Source: Eledone cirrhosa (taxonomy: Eukaryota). Taken from it: 64,000 nt of DNA. A program made the translations under genes and the position numbers. This document shows positions 52,012 through 64,000 of this stretch, in pieces (position 1 is the stretch's first letter; each line of letters starts with the position of its first letter). Below the pieces are notes generated by a model. It did no database searches and was not told the DNA's origin. It saw only the letters and a program-made list of their open reading frames with translations. The DNA lies in contig OZ024741.1 in NCBI GenBank assembly GCA_964016885.1, positions 223,510,001-223,574,000 on the forward strand, in the 5' to 3' direction.

Positions 52012-52315
52012 TTCAGTGTGTTTATCATATAGTCATTACAAGGCATGTAAAGTTGGAGTGTTGCACTACTGACCAGTTCAGATTTCACTACAACCATCAC
52101 TGCCTCCACATCTACCCTCCATTTCCCAATTCAATATAATACATAAATGTTCCCCCTCTCACATCATTATCATTTTACATCTACTTTTTCATGCTAGGAT
52201 GGCTCTCTAGTTCTAACATTTTCTCACTCCATACACTCTTAGCAATGGAATATCTCTCTACAATGTCATTCCAACATACACCAAAACAATAAAAAAAAAA
52301 CATAAGGATACTTAC

Positions 52316-52371
52316 TTTTTCCAATAATGGTAAATATCTTTTAGTTTAATATCAGAACTTTTAGAGGTGGT
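52316..52371 (-). CDS. NOLC1: Nopp140/NOLC1 coding exon (end of the N-terminal LisH-region segment), TTSKSSDIKLKDIYHYWK
   Basis: Flanked by a polypyrimidine-TTTCAG acceptor and a GTAAGT donor on the minus strand. It is 56 nt and its phase joins the next exon (AA+C = Asn). LKDIYHYWK resembles LLDIYSFWLK of vertebrate NOLC1. Confidence 0.85.
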
Positions 52372-53794
52372 CTGAAATAAGAAAAAAAAAAGAAATGAAC
52401 AATCATCTTTAAATTAATCAAAGCAACACACTCTAATAAGTTCTATCTTGCCAAGGGACCATATAACATAATTATGAAAGCCCTCTGCAGAAACCATGCT
52501 AAAAGGGTTCAGAGGACTCTAGCTTTGTCAGGAGCACAACCCCTCTAGTATTAATGATCTACACAATAAAGGCACCCAATACACTCTATAAAGTAGTTGG
52601 TAATTGGAAGGGCATCCTACTACAGAAAATTTGTCAAACAAAAGGCCAGGAAGACTCTTTAAGTGTTTCATAGATATGACAACCTCTCTAGTGTTGATGC
52701 CGTGATAAAAATGCACTCAGAGCATGGTATATGTCAGGCCTCTTGGCCTGAGACTGGTCTGTGAGAACACATCCAACCCTTGCTAGCAATGAAAACAGCT
52801 GTTAAATGATTATCATGATATATGGAACAGTAAACTGGCAAATAATGGTGGTGACAGCCACACCAAGAGATAGAGGTGAATGAAGGGAAATTTTGAAGAA
52901 CACAGAGGGAAAAATCAACCAATGGAAACATTTCTAATTTATTTATTTAATCAATTTAAATGACTGTATAGAGCTAGTATGAGAGGTATTTATTATAATA
53001 TCCTTTATAATTAAAAAATAAAAACAAGAGAAACACAGAAAGAGAAGTGGGGAAATATGAAAACAGGTGACAAACAAGGACAGCTATAAAGCATCTAAAA
53101 GCTGGAAGATCTTGTTTATGGTTAGATCTTTTTTAAAAGACCAGCTTCAAGATGTCCCTCTTTCAGAGTAGTAGTTTTTACATTAGAATAAACATATATA
53201 ATGTCTGGTCAGTCTTCACAAGAACATGAGGTGATTCTATATGACCAGTTCTTGATAAAAAAAACAGTCACAAAAAGGTGTTAGGCTTTTCGCAATGAGC
53301 TCTGTTCAATAAGGTTTAACCTGGGGCTAAACAACACTCATCAAGTAGGATTATTGATACCCAAAAGAAAGTGAGAGGCATGTGATTAACAACTTGACCA
53401 CACTGCTAGGCATCTGCACTGCAACAAATATGAAAGCTATAGCAACAACCCTGACTGAGAGCATCAATACACAAGTGCTGGGAGGAGATTACTAATGAGT
53501 CACAACAAACATTGAGGTTTTTCTTAGTGCTGATTTGAATATGAAGAAAACCAAAATGGATGGAACAAGAAAGTGCCCTTCAAAGTACACTGCTTTTTAG
53601 TCAAACCAGCAATCAGTCACTCCTGCAGATATGATAATAAAAAAACCCTCACATATCTAGGATCAATTTACCTAGCCACCATACATCATCCATCTATTGT
53701 TGAAACTAACCAATAGAGGCTAACTATATGTTTGTGCACAGATTTCAAATTTAAAACAATCCACATATCACATGTTGAATTATAATATAATGTA

Positions 53795-54596
53795 CTAGCA
53801 GCAGTACCCAGCATTGCCTGGGTAGGTAAAATAATATTTGCTTTGATGAAAAGGTGTTGATCTTCTCGATGACTCATCTATGGCCACACACAGGTCATGC
53901 AAGGGAGGGTGGTGATGACCTCTATCACTGAGAAATGCGGGTGACTGATGAAGGGGCATGCTGGGGGAGTGAGGTAATGACAGCTAACACTAAGCCAAAT
54001 TTCCTCACGCTACTTGATTGGAAACCGATGAATTCTCAAATACACAACTAAAAGCTCAGACGACGTCAGTGGCCATCGTTTTGCCTTTGACCATCTATAA
54101 GATGTGCAATGATAGGTTCTATCGTAGTATAAAAGTTGAACCAAATAAATTGATTTATGTGTGAGGTGGAGCCGAAGTTTCGAATTTGAACGAAATCGGT
54201 TGAAAAATGTGGGAGCTAGAGCCGAAAAGGCGGTATTTTCGAATATTTAAACGGCTGCCACGCTGTTCCTGAACAAAACATCCAAAATTTGAGTCTAAAA
54301 GTGGTATTTTTGAATATTTAAGTGGCTGCCACGCCATCCCTGAAAAACAAATGCAAAATATAAAGCCATTACAGGGTGTGCAATGATAAATTCTATTTTG
54401 CTTTAAAATTTGAACGAAATCGGTGATAAAATGTGGGAGCTAGAGCCCAAAATCTTATTTTCCGATACCTATCTACAGAATGACCCCGGAATAAAAAAAA
54501 CGATACGCTGATATATAGAAAACACTCCCCGATGACTAATCTATGAGCCTGTAAAGTTTCATGAAAATCGGTCGTTGATTTTTATATATATATATA
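53795..54596 (-). mobile_element. Non-autonomous Helitron-like element
   Basis: The minus strand ends in a subterminal hairpin TACCCAGGC-AAT-GCTGGGTA followed by CTAG|T. An internal duplicated block AATTTGAACGAAATCGGT..AAAATGTGGGAGCTAGAGCC occurs at ~54183 and ~54406. The 5' end lies in (TA)n. Confidence 0.6.
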
Positions 54597-54869
54597 CTTA
54601 GCTTTATATATATGTCTTAGCTTTGTGATTAAAAGGTTGGTATCAGGAAGAGCATCAAGCCATAAAATACCACTTCAAAATGTGTCCAATCAACGCATAC
54701 CAGAACAAAATAGCAACTGTAATGATGATGATAAACATAAAGCTGCTAAACTTCGTGGATCTTATATCACAGTCTATAATTGATTTTCCCACCAAACATC
54801 ACGTGATCTCTTAAATATATATCATCATCATTTTACATCTGCTTTTCCCTGCTTATATATATATAAACA

Positions 54870-57235
54870 TTTGGAGTTGGAAGGCCAATACAATGCAGGT
54901 AATGGATACAGAATATAAATGCAAATGCAAAAGATATTGTTGACAATTAGTCTTTTACCTTAAATTTATTTAAATATCCTTAATTTTCGAGATAATATCC
55001 CTTCTTCGGAGGGAAGTAAAGGGGTTAATCCAGTGTGCTAATTAGCTTGCCAATTAGAACACGGAAACAGAAGATAGCCCCAAACCTCTCCAGGACACAA
55101 CAAGTCACCCTGAAGAACCTGTGGAATAGGGATCTTATATACTTACCATCCGACAAAGGTAAAGAGTTATGTGTCATCTCTCAAGCCACATACCTAGCCT
55201 TTGAACACCTAAGTAACAACAAACTATATACAGAGATCCCGGACATGACTGCAGCCCAGATCGAAAAACAGGCTAACTCCATCTGGTTCGACATCTGTAG
55301 GAGAAGATAACTCCCAAATAAATTTAAGTTCAACTACACCACTAGAAATAGCAGACTGCCCACTTTCTACCACCTCATCAAGACCCACAAGAATAGTACT
55401 AAGACACAAATAAGACCCATCGTCTCTAACATAGAAGGACCCGTATACAAAATTTCCTGGTTCCTCTCCCAGATCCTCAAGCCTCTACTCTCCACCTTTC
55501 CCGGGCATGTCAGTAGCTCCGACGAGGTCATACGTAGACTACACCAACTCCAGCCAGAACAACTTAAACTAAATAGATATGCCTTTAGCCTCGACGTTGA
55601 CTCCCTCTACACTACAGTCCCCGCTCATCCAGCTTTCGATTTATTGATGGACTGCGTGGTTGCAGAGGACATCCACTGCTACGGCCTCCATCCGACGGAC
55701 ATACACCAGCTTTTGTCCTTCACAGTGGACAACACGTACTTCACCTTCCACCACCACACATACAGACAGACAACAGGATTACCCATGGGATCCAGCCTAT
55801 CGGGCCTGCTGGCCATCACCTATATGAACCAGCAAGAATGCCGAGCCCTCAACACCTGCCATTCCCATACCTTCTTCACCCGATATGTAGATGACATACT
55901 CATCCTTACATCATCCCGTGAGGAGGTGGATAAAATATACACGACATTCTCCAGCATGGACGCCAGTATAAAGTTCAGCATGGAACACCCGGATAACCGC
56001 GGATCCCGATCCCTACTGGACTTCCAACTCAGGGTAACAGAGGAAGGCAACATCCACACCTGCTTCTATAAAAAAAGCCGCCAGCAGGGACCTGTTCGTA
56101 CATTTCAGATCGGCACTCCCAGCTGGCGCTAAGTTCGGATACATAAGGAACGAACTAACACGTATCCGGAAAAAATGCACCGACGCAAGAAACCGAGACA
56201 CACACACCACACATTTCCTGGAGGTACTCAAACTGAACGGATACCCGACGTCTACCACGAACCGTGCTAGAAACAGCAGAGGACACCACACCCGAGGCAC
56301 TAACACCTGCTTCCTGAAGCTCCCACACTTCAGTGACGAAACAACAACAGCCATCCGCAGAGCTATCAGACGAGAGGGACTAGATATCCAACTAGCCCAC
56401 TCAGGACCTTCCCTACGCAGACAGCTAACCAAAAGACACTCCACCAGACACTGCAGGCTAGCCAACTTCCTCATCAACAACACAGACCTATGCTACCAGG
56501 CTTGCGTCATATACAGATTAGAGTGCGACAAATGCAGCAATTTCTACGTAGTTAGCACCACCAGACCACTTCACATTAGAATAAAAGAACACCTCAATAC
56601 TAACGTTTCCTCATTTAAGAAATACCTAGTGAAATGCAAAAAACACCAACAAAAACATAACAGTTAGGATAGAAACTAAGGAAAGAAACCTCGGCAATCT
56701 TAGAATTAAGGAAGCGCTGATTATAGACAAAACACAACCACCAATCAATAATAGACTAGAACTCAACACCCAATTTTTAACAAGATAGAGCACCTAGCCC
56801 CACACTTACACCCCCCCCTCTCTCACACACAAAGACCAGTTTTAACATGATAGAGCATCTAGCCCCCACATTTAAATATAGACATATCTTCTCACACTCA
56901 CACATACTTACGCCTTCACGCATTCTCCCACACACTTAAACATACATGTACGAAAACCCCTTTAAAGGGAGACAACTCTTTATCCACCTAACCTTCACTC
57001 TTTGACATTAGAGATAGAATGGAATCTCTATACCATTTCCTGTCAGCATGACTTGGCAAGCTAATTAGAACACTGGATTAACGCCTTTACTTCCCTCAGA
57101 AGAAGAGATATTATCTCGAAAATTAAGGATATTTAAATAAATTTAAGGTAAAAGACTAATTGTCAACAATATCTTTTGCATTTGCATTTATATTCTATAT
57201 CCACACCTGCATTGTATTGGCCTTCCAACTCCAAA
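54870..57235 (+). mobile_element. Penelope-like element (second family), decayed RT plus GIY-YIG, with an inverted pseudo-LTR
   Basis: RT motifs (PSDKG, RPIVS, SLDV.SLYT, GLPMGS, RYVDD) and the GIY-YIG segment VIYRLECDKCSNFYV.STTRPLHIRIKEH at ~56500-56592. 54870-55053 is the reverse complement of 57053-57235. Confidence 0.92.
57094..57128 (+). ncRNA. Minimal hammerhead-like motif in the PLE pseudo-LTR (inverted copy at 54978-55012, minus strand)
   Basis: CCT-CAGAAGA-A-GAGATA-T-TATCTC-GAA-AATT-A^-AGG. The other copy has CCGAAGA. A palindromic AATT replaces stem III. Confidence 0.55.
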
Positions 57236-57287
57236 CCTCATTATACAATGCTTCAAGTAAACTACAACTTCCTTTCTATATGTATAT

Positions 57288-57440
57288 ATATTTAATGTAT
57301 AATAAACAACACAGTATAATTACCTCATCACCCGAGGTTTCCTGAACAGGACGAATGCGGACATCTCTTGTGTTCGTCCTGTTCAGGAAACCTCGAGTAA
57401 TGAGGTAATTATACTGTGTTGTTTATTATACATTAAATAT
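57288..57440. repeat. Near-perfect palindrome, 68-bp arms, 17-nt spacer
   Basis: 57288-57355 is the reverse complement of 57373-57440 with about 2 mismatches. Confidence 0.92.
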
Positions 57441-57495
57441 TTAGCTCTGTTACTTACATAGAGCACACTTCATTCCTTCAACACATATATATATA

Positions 57496-58352
57496 TCATC
57501 ATCATCATTTTACGTCCGCTTTTCCCTGCTTGCAAGGGTGGGACGTGTCTTATTCAGCACAGCATCTCTCCACTTGTCACGGTCTTTCGTCATCTCCACC
57601 ATGAGTTTCAGCGATCTGAGGTCTGTTCTCACCACCTCCGCCCATGTTTTTTGTGGTTTACCTCTACCACGTCTTCCTTCAACTGGCATTTCCTGGCACT
57701 TCTTCACCCATCGGTCATCCTCCATGCGCATCACATGTCCATACCACCTCAGTCTCCTCTCCCGTACACTACATTCTATCCCTCTCAGACAGTTTCTCTC
57801 TCAACACATTCATGCTGGGTCGTTCACGCACATTGACATTGCACATCCAATGGAGCATGCTTACCTCATTTCTCTCCAGCCGTCGCATATCCTCTGCAGT
57901 TGCTACCCATGTCTCACTACCATGCAGCATCGCGCTCCTCATACAGGAATCATAACTGGCCTTTCGTACGCAAGGAAAACCCTTCTTCGTCAACAGAGAA
58001 AGCAGCTCCCTAAACTTCTTCCAACCCGTCATTCTAGATACTATGGCCTCAGAACACCCCCCTCTCATGCTAATCTGATCTCCTAGATACCGGAAGCTAT
58101 ACACCACTTCTATAGCACCCGCCTGCATTTGAAAAATGTGTCTATCAGTGCGACTTCTACTGTCTAATTTCCCTGTACATCTGCATACGTATTTCTCCCT
58201 ACTTGTTAGTTTGCCTGCTATCCCACTACATCTCTTGTGTACTCAGGATCTGCATTGTGTGCATTTTATAGAATTTATGCCAGAATTTATTCTCTAGCTC
58301 CTCTACTGATTCTGCTATAAGAACCAGATCGTCAGCATAGAGAAGTTCCCAT
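57496..58352 (-). mobile_element. RTE family B 3' portion
   Basis: ORFs 57769..58128 and 57510..57734; near-identical to 6281-7220. Confidence 0.9.
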
Positions 58353-58375
58353 ATATATATATATATATATATAAA

Positions 58376-60300
58376 ATGGAGTAGAGACCGATACACAGCT
58401 GCTAAAAGAGAAGCTAGACGTCAGGTGTACTTAGCACACAGGGAGACTGACAGTAGGAGGTTTGCCAATGTTCTGCAACGAGAAGATCAGAAGTGCGGTG
58501 TTCCGCATTGCAAGGCAGTGTGTCTGTAAATCAGGATGCTGTTGGAGATAAGTGTGTCCGAAATGATGCTGGTGTACTTAGTGTCACTGATGATCAGAAA
58601 AACGAGGCCTGGAAATGTCATTATGAGAGACTGATGAATGTTGAGAACGAATGGGAGAGAGAGAAACTACCCCCAGTAGACCCAAGAGAAGGACCAGCTA
58701 TTGAGATTGACAACTATAGGGTCAAAGAGGCAATTAAGGAAATGAAAAGTGGTAAGGCTGCTGGACTGTTGGGGATAGTTGCTGAGATGCTGAAGGCATC
58801 AGGAGAAGTAGGAACTAAATTGGTTGCACGCATCGTCAATGGCGGAGTCATACCCAAAGACTGGTGCAGCAGTATTCTTATAAATTGCTACAAAAGTAAT
58901 AGGAATGCTCTGGAGAGGAGCAATTATAGGGGCATAAAACTGATGGATCAGGTTATGAAAGTGGCAGAAAGAATACTAGCGCAACTAATTAGAGAAAGGG
59001 TCAAATTAGATGAGATGTAGTTTGGTTTTGTGCCTGGGAAAAGTACAACAGATGCCCTGTTCTTAGTGAGATAACTACAAGAGAGGTTCTTAGAGAAGAA
59101 TAAGCCACTATACTTAGCTTCTGTTGACCTAGAGAAGGCCTTTGATAGAGTACCCCGATCTGTCATCTGGTGGTCCCTAAGGAAACTAGGTGTAGAGAAA
59201 TGGCTTGTGAGCACAGTGCAAGCTATGTACAGGGGTGCTGTCAGTAAAACGAGAGTAGGAACAGTGTTTAGTGAGCAATTCCAGATACAAGTAAGAGTAC
59301 ATCAGGGTTCGGTCCTAACCTGCTCATTATAGTCCTCCAAGTCATAGCAGAGGAGTTTAAGACTGGTTGCCCATGGGAACTTCTCTATGCTGACGATCTG
59401 GTACTTATAGCAGAATCAGTAGAGGAGCTAGAGAATAAATTCTGACTATGGAAACAGCAGTTGGAATCAAGAGGACTGAGAGTGAACCTGATTCCATCAG
59501 GGAAATGGCCATGTTCGATATGTAGAAAAGGAGTTGGCAGAAATTCTATAAAATATACACAATACAGATCTTGGGTACACAAGAGATGTAGTGGGATAGC
59601 AGACAAACTAATAGGTAGGGAAAATTACGTATGCAGTAGATGTACAGGGAAAGTTGGCAGTAGTAATCGCAGTGATAGACACATTTTTCCAATACAGATG
59701 GGTTCTATAAAGGTGGTTGATAGCTTCCAATCCCTAGGTGATCAGATTAGCAAAGGAGGAAGGTGCTCCGAGGCCATAGTATCTAGAATAAGGATGGGTT
59801 GGAAGAAGTTTAGGGAGCTGCTTCCTGTTGACTAAGAAAAGTTTCTCCCTGCGAACGAAAGGCCGGTTATATGATGCCTGTGTGAGATGCACGATGTTGC
59901 ATGGTAGTGAGACATGGGCAGCAATCGCAGAGGATATGCGATGGCTGGAGAGAAATGAAGGAAACATGCTCCGTTGGATGTGCAATGTCAATGTGCGTGA
60001 ACGACCAAGCATAGATGAGTTGAGAGAGAAACTGTATAAGAGGGATAAGTTGTAGTGTGCGGGAGAGAAGACTGCAATGGTATGGACATGTGATGCGCAT
60101 GGAGGATGACCACTGGGCAAAGAAGTGCCAAGAAATCCCAGTAGAGGAAGACCAGGAAAAACATGGGCGGAGGTGGTGATAGCTGATCTCAGAAGCTCAC
60201 GGAGATGATGATGAAGAATCATGACAAGTGGAGAGATGCTGTGCTGAATAGGACCTGTCACACCCTTGCAAGCAGGGAAAAGCGGACGTAAAATGATGAT
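58376..60300 (+). mobile_element. RTE family B, 5'-truncated and decayed
   Basis: RT pieces 58493..59020, 59461..59835 and 59828..60055, plus the family B 3' terminus. Confidence 0.9.
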
Positions 60301-61158
60301 ATATATATATATATCTCTATCTGAGTTCGGATCTAGTTGTCGAAACGGCTGGAGCTCAGCCGTCGGAGTCCTGAATCTTTTCGTATTGCCCACTACCAAC
60401 CTAAGTATGGAGTACTCTGGCGGGTTATGGTCCACCTGGTATTTTACTACACCCTATCTAATATATATGCTAGCGGGGGAAGATTGACATTAAATGATGA
60501 TGATGATGACGATATAGGGAACAAAGAATCAATATTACATCATATACATATTTAATTACATATGTTTCAAAGTTGGGCATATATAAAACCTATATGACCA
60601 ACTTTTTTTTTCATAATCAAAAATCCTGCACTGAAGCAACTTGCTTTAACCCTTTAGCATTCACATTACTCTATATATACCATTATATTTTCATGGTAAA
60701 AGCTTTACCTCACATAATATCGAATCTATGAGAATTTGAAAGTATTTATTTGAAGAACAATACCGTAACATCAGTTTTAGCGACCAGTTACAGCCAGTTT
60801 CAACAGAAAGAGGTAGAGAATTCTGGCCGGTTTGAACATTAAAGGGTTAAACTGACAACATACATTTGAAGTTCATGTGTAAATGTGTGCGCGTGTGGAT
60901 AAATACATATATATATATATATATATTGTGTAAAAAAAAAAAAAAAGAGAGAGAGATAGTATCATGTATACATCATACTGTTATGCACATTTCATATACA
61001 TCAAAGCATAATAATAATAATTTGATGTGTTGTCATCAGACAAGTATTTAGGTGTAATATTTTGTTTTTGATATGTTTGCCATAATAGTATTAGGTGTGT
61101 AAACAGATGATACAAAGGCATGATGTAGATATTCACAATACATTTTATGCTATAATCG

Positions 61159-61239
61159 GCAGTGACACGTATTTCTGTTGTGTTAATAATTACATAATGC
61201 TGCTATCACACAATTACCAACACATCTTCGTCAGACAGC
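61159..61239 (-). ncRNA. Type I hammerhead-like motif with a long stem II
   Basis: GCTGT-CTGACGA-AGA-[20-bp G.U-rich hairpin TGTGTTGGTAATTGTGTGAT/ATTATGTAATTATTAACACA]-ACA-GAA-ATACGTGT-C^-ACTGC. Confidence 0.6.
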
Positions 61240-62155
61240 ATCTTACGTAATAAGGTTGCCATGAAATATTTCTAATGCAATACAGGCTAATGATAAAGGG
61301 ACAGACATGTATTTGATATTGCTCTTACAAGAGTCGGCTTCCCATCATATATATATTCCTTTTTCTTCTACTTTCCAACCTCCTTTCTCTTAACTTTACA
61401 TCTCCTGATGAAGGAGTAGTGTCAAATACATTGAGACACTCTTTTTCCTTTTCAAATAAGCATGTAACTAATAACTCTGTAATTGCATCTGTATTTGTTT
61501 TTTTAAATTTGAGCTATATATATACAGACATACACAGGGTGTCCCCCAAAATGTATACACACTTGGATTACCTGTACAGGCAATATTTATTAGAATGGTG
61601 AAGTATCATCATCATCATCATCATCATCACCGTTTTACGTCCGTTCTTCCACGCTAGCATGGGTTAGACGGGTTGTCCTGTTGTGGGCAGTGTCTGGTCG
61701 GCTGACCATGCCTTGCTCATACAGGAACTGATTTGGCTTGATTTCTGGATGCCCTTCCTAACACCAACCTCATTTACAGTGAGTGCTGGGTGCTTTTTCA
61801 TGGCGCCTACACGTCCACTTTACAGTGTGGGCTGGGTGCTTTTTTGCCGTGGCACCTCCACGACCACCTTGCAGTGGGAGGGTGTGGGGGCATATTGTCT
61901 ATATGCTTCAGCTTGTACCCTTGTATATATATATATATATGTGTATATGTATATATATGTGTGTGTACACATACATATATATACATATGTGTGTGTGTAT
62001 GTACACATACATACATATATATATGTAGAAGTTATATTTAAATTGTTGGGATACAACAAGCAAATATTTTTATAACTGATATAAAGTACTCAACAAATTA
62101 TTGGAGTAAAAATATGATATATTAAATGGAAACTATATTTATAAAACCATATTTA

Positions 62156-62215
62156 TTTGATTACACATATTTCAAGGACACCAAGTCAAATTATGGTGCG
62201 CTTTCATCAGATAAA
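62156..62215 (-). ncRNA. Minimal type I hammerhead-like motif
   Basis: TTTAT-CTGATGA-AAGCGCACCA-(10 nt)-TGGTGTCCTT-GAA-ATATGTGT-A^-ATCAAA. Confidence 0.6.
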
Positions 62216-62253
62216 ATATAATATAGATCAGTTTTATAAATAAATATTGACAT

Positions 62254-62643
62254 GGAGGCACATGGCTTAGTGGTTAGAGCATTGGCTTTGCAATCGAAAG
62301 GTTGTGAGTTCAATTCTCAGACCGGGTGATGTGTTGTTTCCTTGAGCAAGACACTTTATTTCACATTGCTCCAGTTTACTCAGCTGTAGAAATGAGATGA
62401 TAGGGACTGGGGTCCATATCATTCCACTGCAAAGTGGTCGTGGAGGTGCCACGGCAAAAAAGCACCCAGCACCCACTGTAAAGTGGACGTGTAGGCACCA
62501 CGGAAAGAAAGCACCCAGCACTCACTGTAAATGAGGTTGGAGTTAGGAAGGGCATCCAGCCGTAGAAATCAAGCCAGAATCAGTTCCCGTCCCACCCTTG
62601 CAAGCAGGGAAAAGTGGATGTAAAATGATGATGATGATGATGA
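62254..62643 (+). mobile_element. tRNA-derived SINE with an RTE-derived tail
   Basis: Same family as 25371-25710 but with a longer internal module; (ATG)n tail. Confidence 0.85.
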
Positions 62644-63271
62644 TACCCTTAAAGAATGCGACCATTTATATATATATGGACACACTAGAAGAGGAAGACC
62701 AAGGTTAACGTATGTTGATGCCCTAAGGACAGACACTGGTCTGTTGGAGACAGCGATAATGAGGGACAGAGACCGCTGGAGAGAACTCGTCCATGGATCT
62801 CGGGAATTTTACTCGCCTTAGAGATATATAAAGGGTAAAATTTCAGTTATGCCAATAAAATAGAATCAATGCTTAAATTGTGACATACAGACACATCCCT
62901 ATAAATTGATAAAGGCATTTCACTATTTCCGTTTTTCATCTCTTGTTGAAAGGTATGTAAGACAAATAAAATGTCTTAAATGTCCTCAACTTGGCTTTCA
63001 CTCCACTATATACAGTGGCTGACTGAATATACATGCTTTTCCTCCAAAACTTTTTTTCCATGCCTTCCTCTTCTCACTCTCTATCTTTCTAATTCATCTT
63101 TTATTTCTTATTCTATCTTCTATTGAAGGACCAGAGTCTGAAAAGTAAGAACTCTTTTCCTACAATATCAAGTATTAAACTAATATATTTCTTCATTGTA
63201 CTATATTGTTTGCTTTGTTGTTTCCATTTACATGTTGCACACACATACACACACAAGCGCGCACGAGTAAT

Positions 63272-63592
63272 AAATGACTGATGAGTTTCAGATAGCTGGT
63301 ACAATGCGGTAGAAATATATTAGGCCAAAGGATGACAAATAAAATAAAACAGATTCATGTTTTTAACCAGTATATTTAATGTAATATTTCAGACCCTCTT
63401 TACAAATGTAAAAACGAAAACGCTTCCAAAGAAAACAAATGATCGATATGTTCTTCCCTAACTAGTTAACCCTGAAATATTATGTTGAAATATACCAGGT
63501 ATACATTACTTTGGTTTGCTTTATTTGCCATCCTTTACCCTTTATATATTCCTACCACATTGTACCAGCTTTCCAAAACTTATCAGTCATTT
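63272..63592. mobile_element. MITE-like element with ~80-bp imperfect terminal inverted repeats
   Basis: AAATGACTGATGAGTTTCAGATAGCTGGTACAATGCGGTAG... pairs with ...CTACCACATTGTACCAGCTTTCCAAAACTTATCAGTCATTT. Confidence 0.6.
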
Positions 63593-63704
63593 CCTACATA
63601 TCTCACATGGCTTCATGTTAACTATACTTTATATATAGGAGAGATAACATGAGGAAGCTACAGAATGAAAATACATAAGGAGGATCTCCAAATAACCAGC
63701 TGCT

Positions 63705-63975
63705 AATTCTTAGCCACAACACACCACCTTAGCCACTACCACAACACACCACCTTAGCCACTACCACAACACACTACACTACTTTAGCCACCACCACTAC
63801 CACAACACTATATTAGCCACAACACAGTACCACTTTATCCACAACACACCACATCACCTTAGCCACCACCACAACACACCACACTACCTTAGTCACCACC
63901 ACTACCACAACAGTATCTTAACCACAACAACAACACCATTACCACAACAGTATGTTAGCCACCACCACCACCAAA
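63705..63975. repeat. Degenerate C/A-rich minisatellite
   Basis: Recurring TTAGCCAC(TAC)CACAACACACCAC units. Confidence 0.8.
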
Positions 63976-64000
63976 CTATACTCTGCCAGTTCTTCGATTA

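Noticed and set aside
63278-63290. CTGATGAG here and at ~50320 as hammerhead cores
   Set aside because: No correctly placed stem II-GAAA-stem III; the first is part of a MITE terminal repeat.
52372-64000. NOLC1 exon 1 (LisH motif) and intronic snoRNAs
   Set aside because: No LisH-like exon with a phase-0 donor and no convincing C/D or H/ACA snoRNA was found by eye. Exon 1 is probably beyond the window.

Overview
This is AT-rich, microsatellite-dense animal genomic DNA. The repeat complement (RTE LINEs with (ATG)n tails, tRNA-derived SINEs, long (TA)n tracts) suggests an octopus or other coleoid cephalopod; that assignment is an inference. One host gene can be reconstructed: a Nopp140/NOLC1 homologue on the minus strand. 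It has five in-frame coding exons (52371-52316, 51032-50940, a 3.9-kb repeat exon at 47935-44032, 41044-40961, 40568-40416) ending in an SRP40_C domain; exon 1 was not found in the window. The rest is mostly transposon-derived: two RTE LINE families, a CR1-type LINE, two Penelope-like elements (PLEs) with inverted pseudo-LTRs, a DD37D/maT transposon, hAT, piggyBac-like and Helitron-like non-autonomous elements, and SINEs. The most notable non-coding signal is about a dozen type I hammerhead ribozyme motifs. They include a 483-nt direct-repeat retrozyme-like unit with two intact hammerheads (20143-20872), a PLE family with a fixed non-canonical CAGAAGA core, a hammerhead with a ~74-nt stem II insert, and sense-strand hammerheads in the presumed first intron of NOLC1. 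All calls were made by eye; no searches or folding programs were run.
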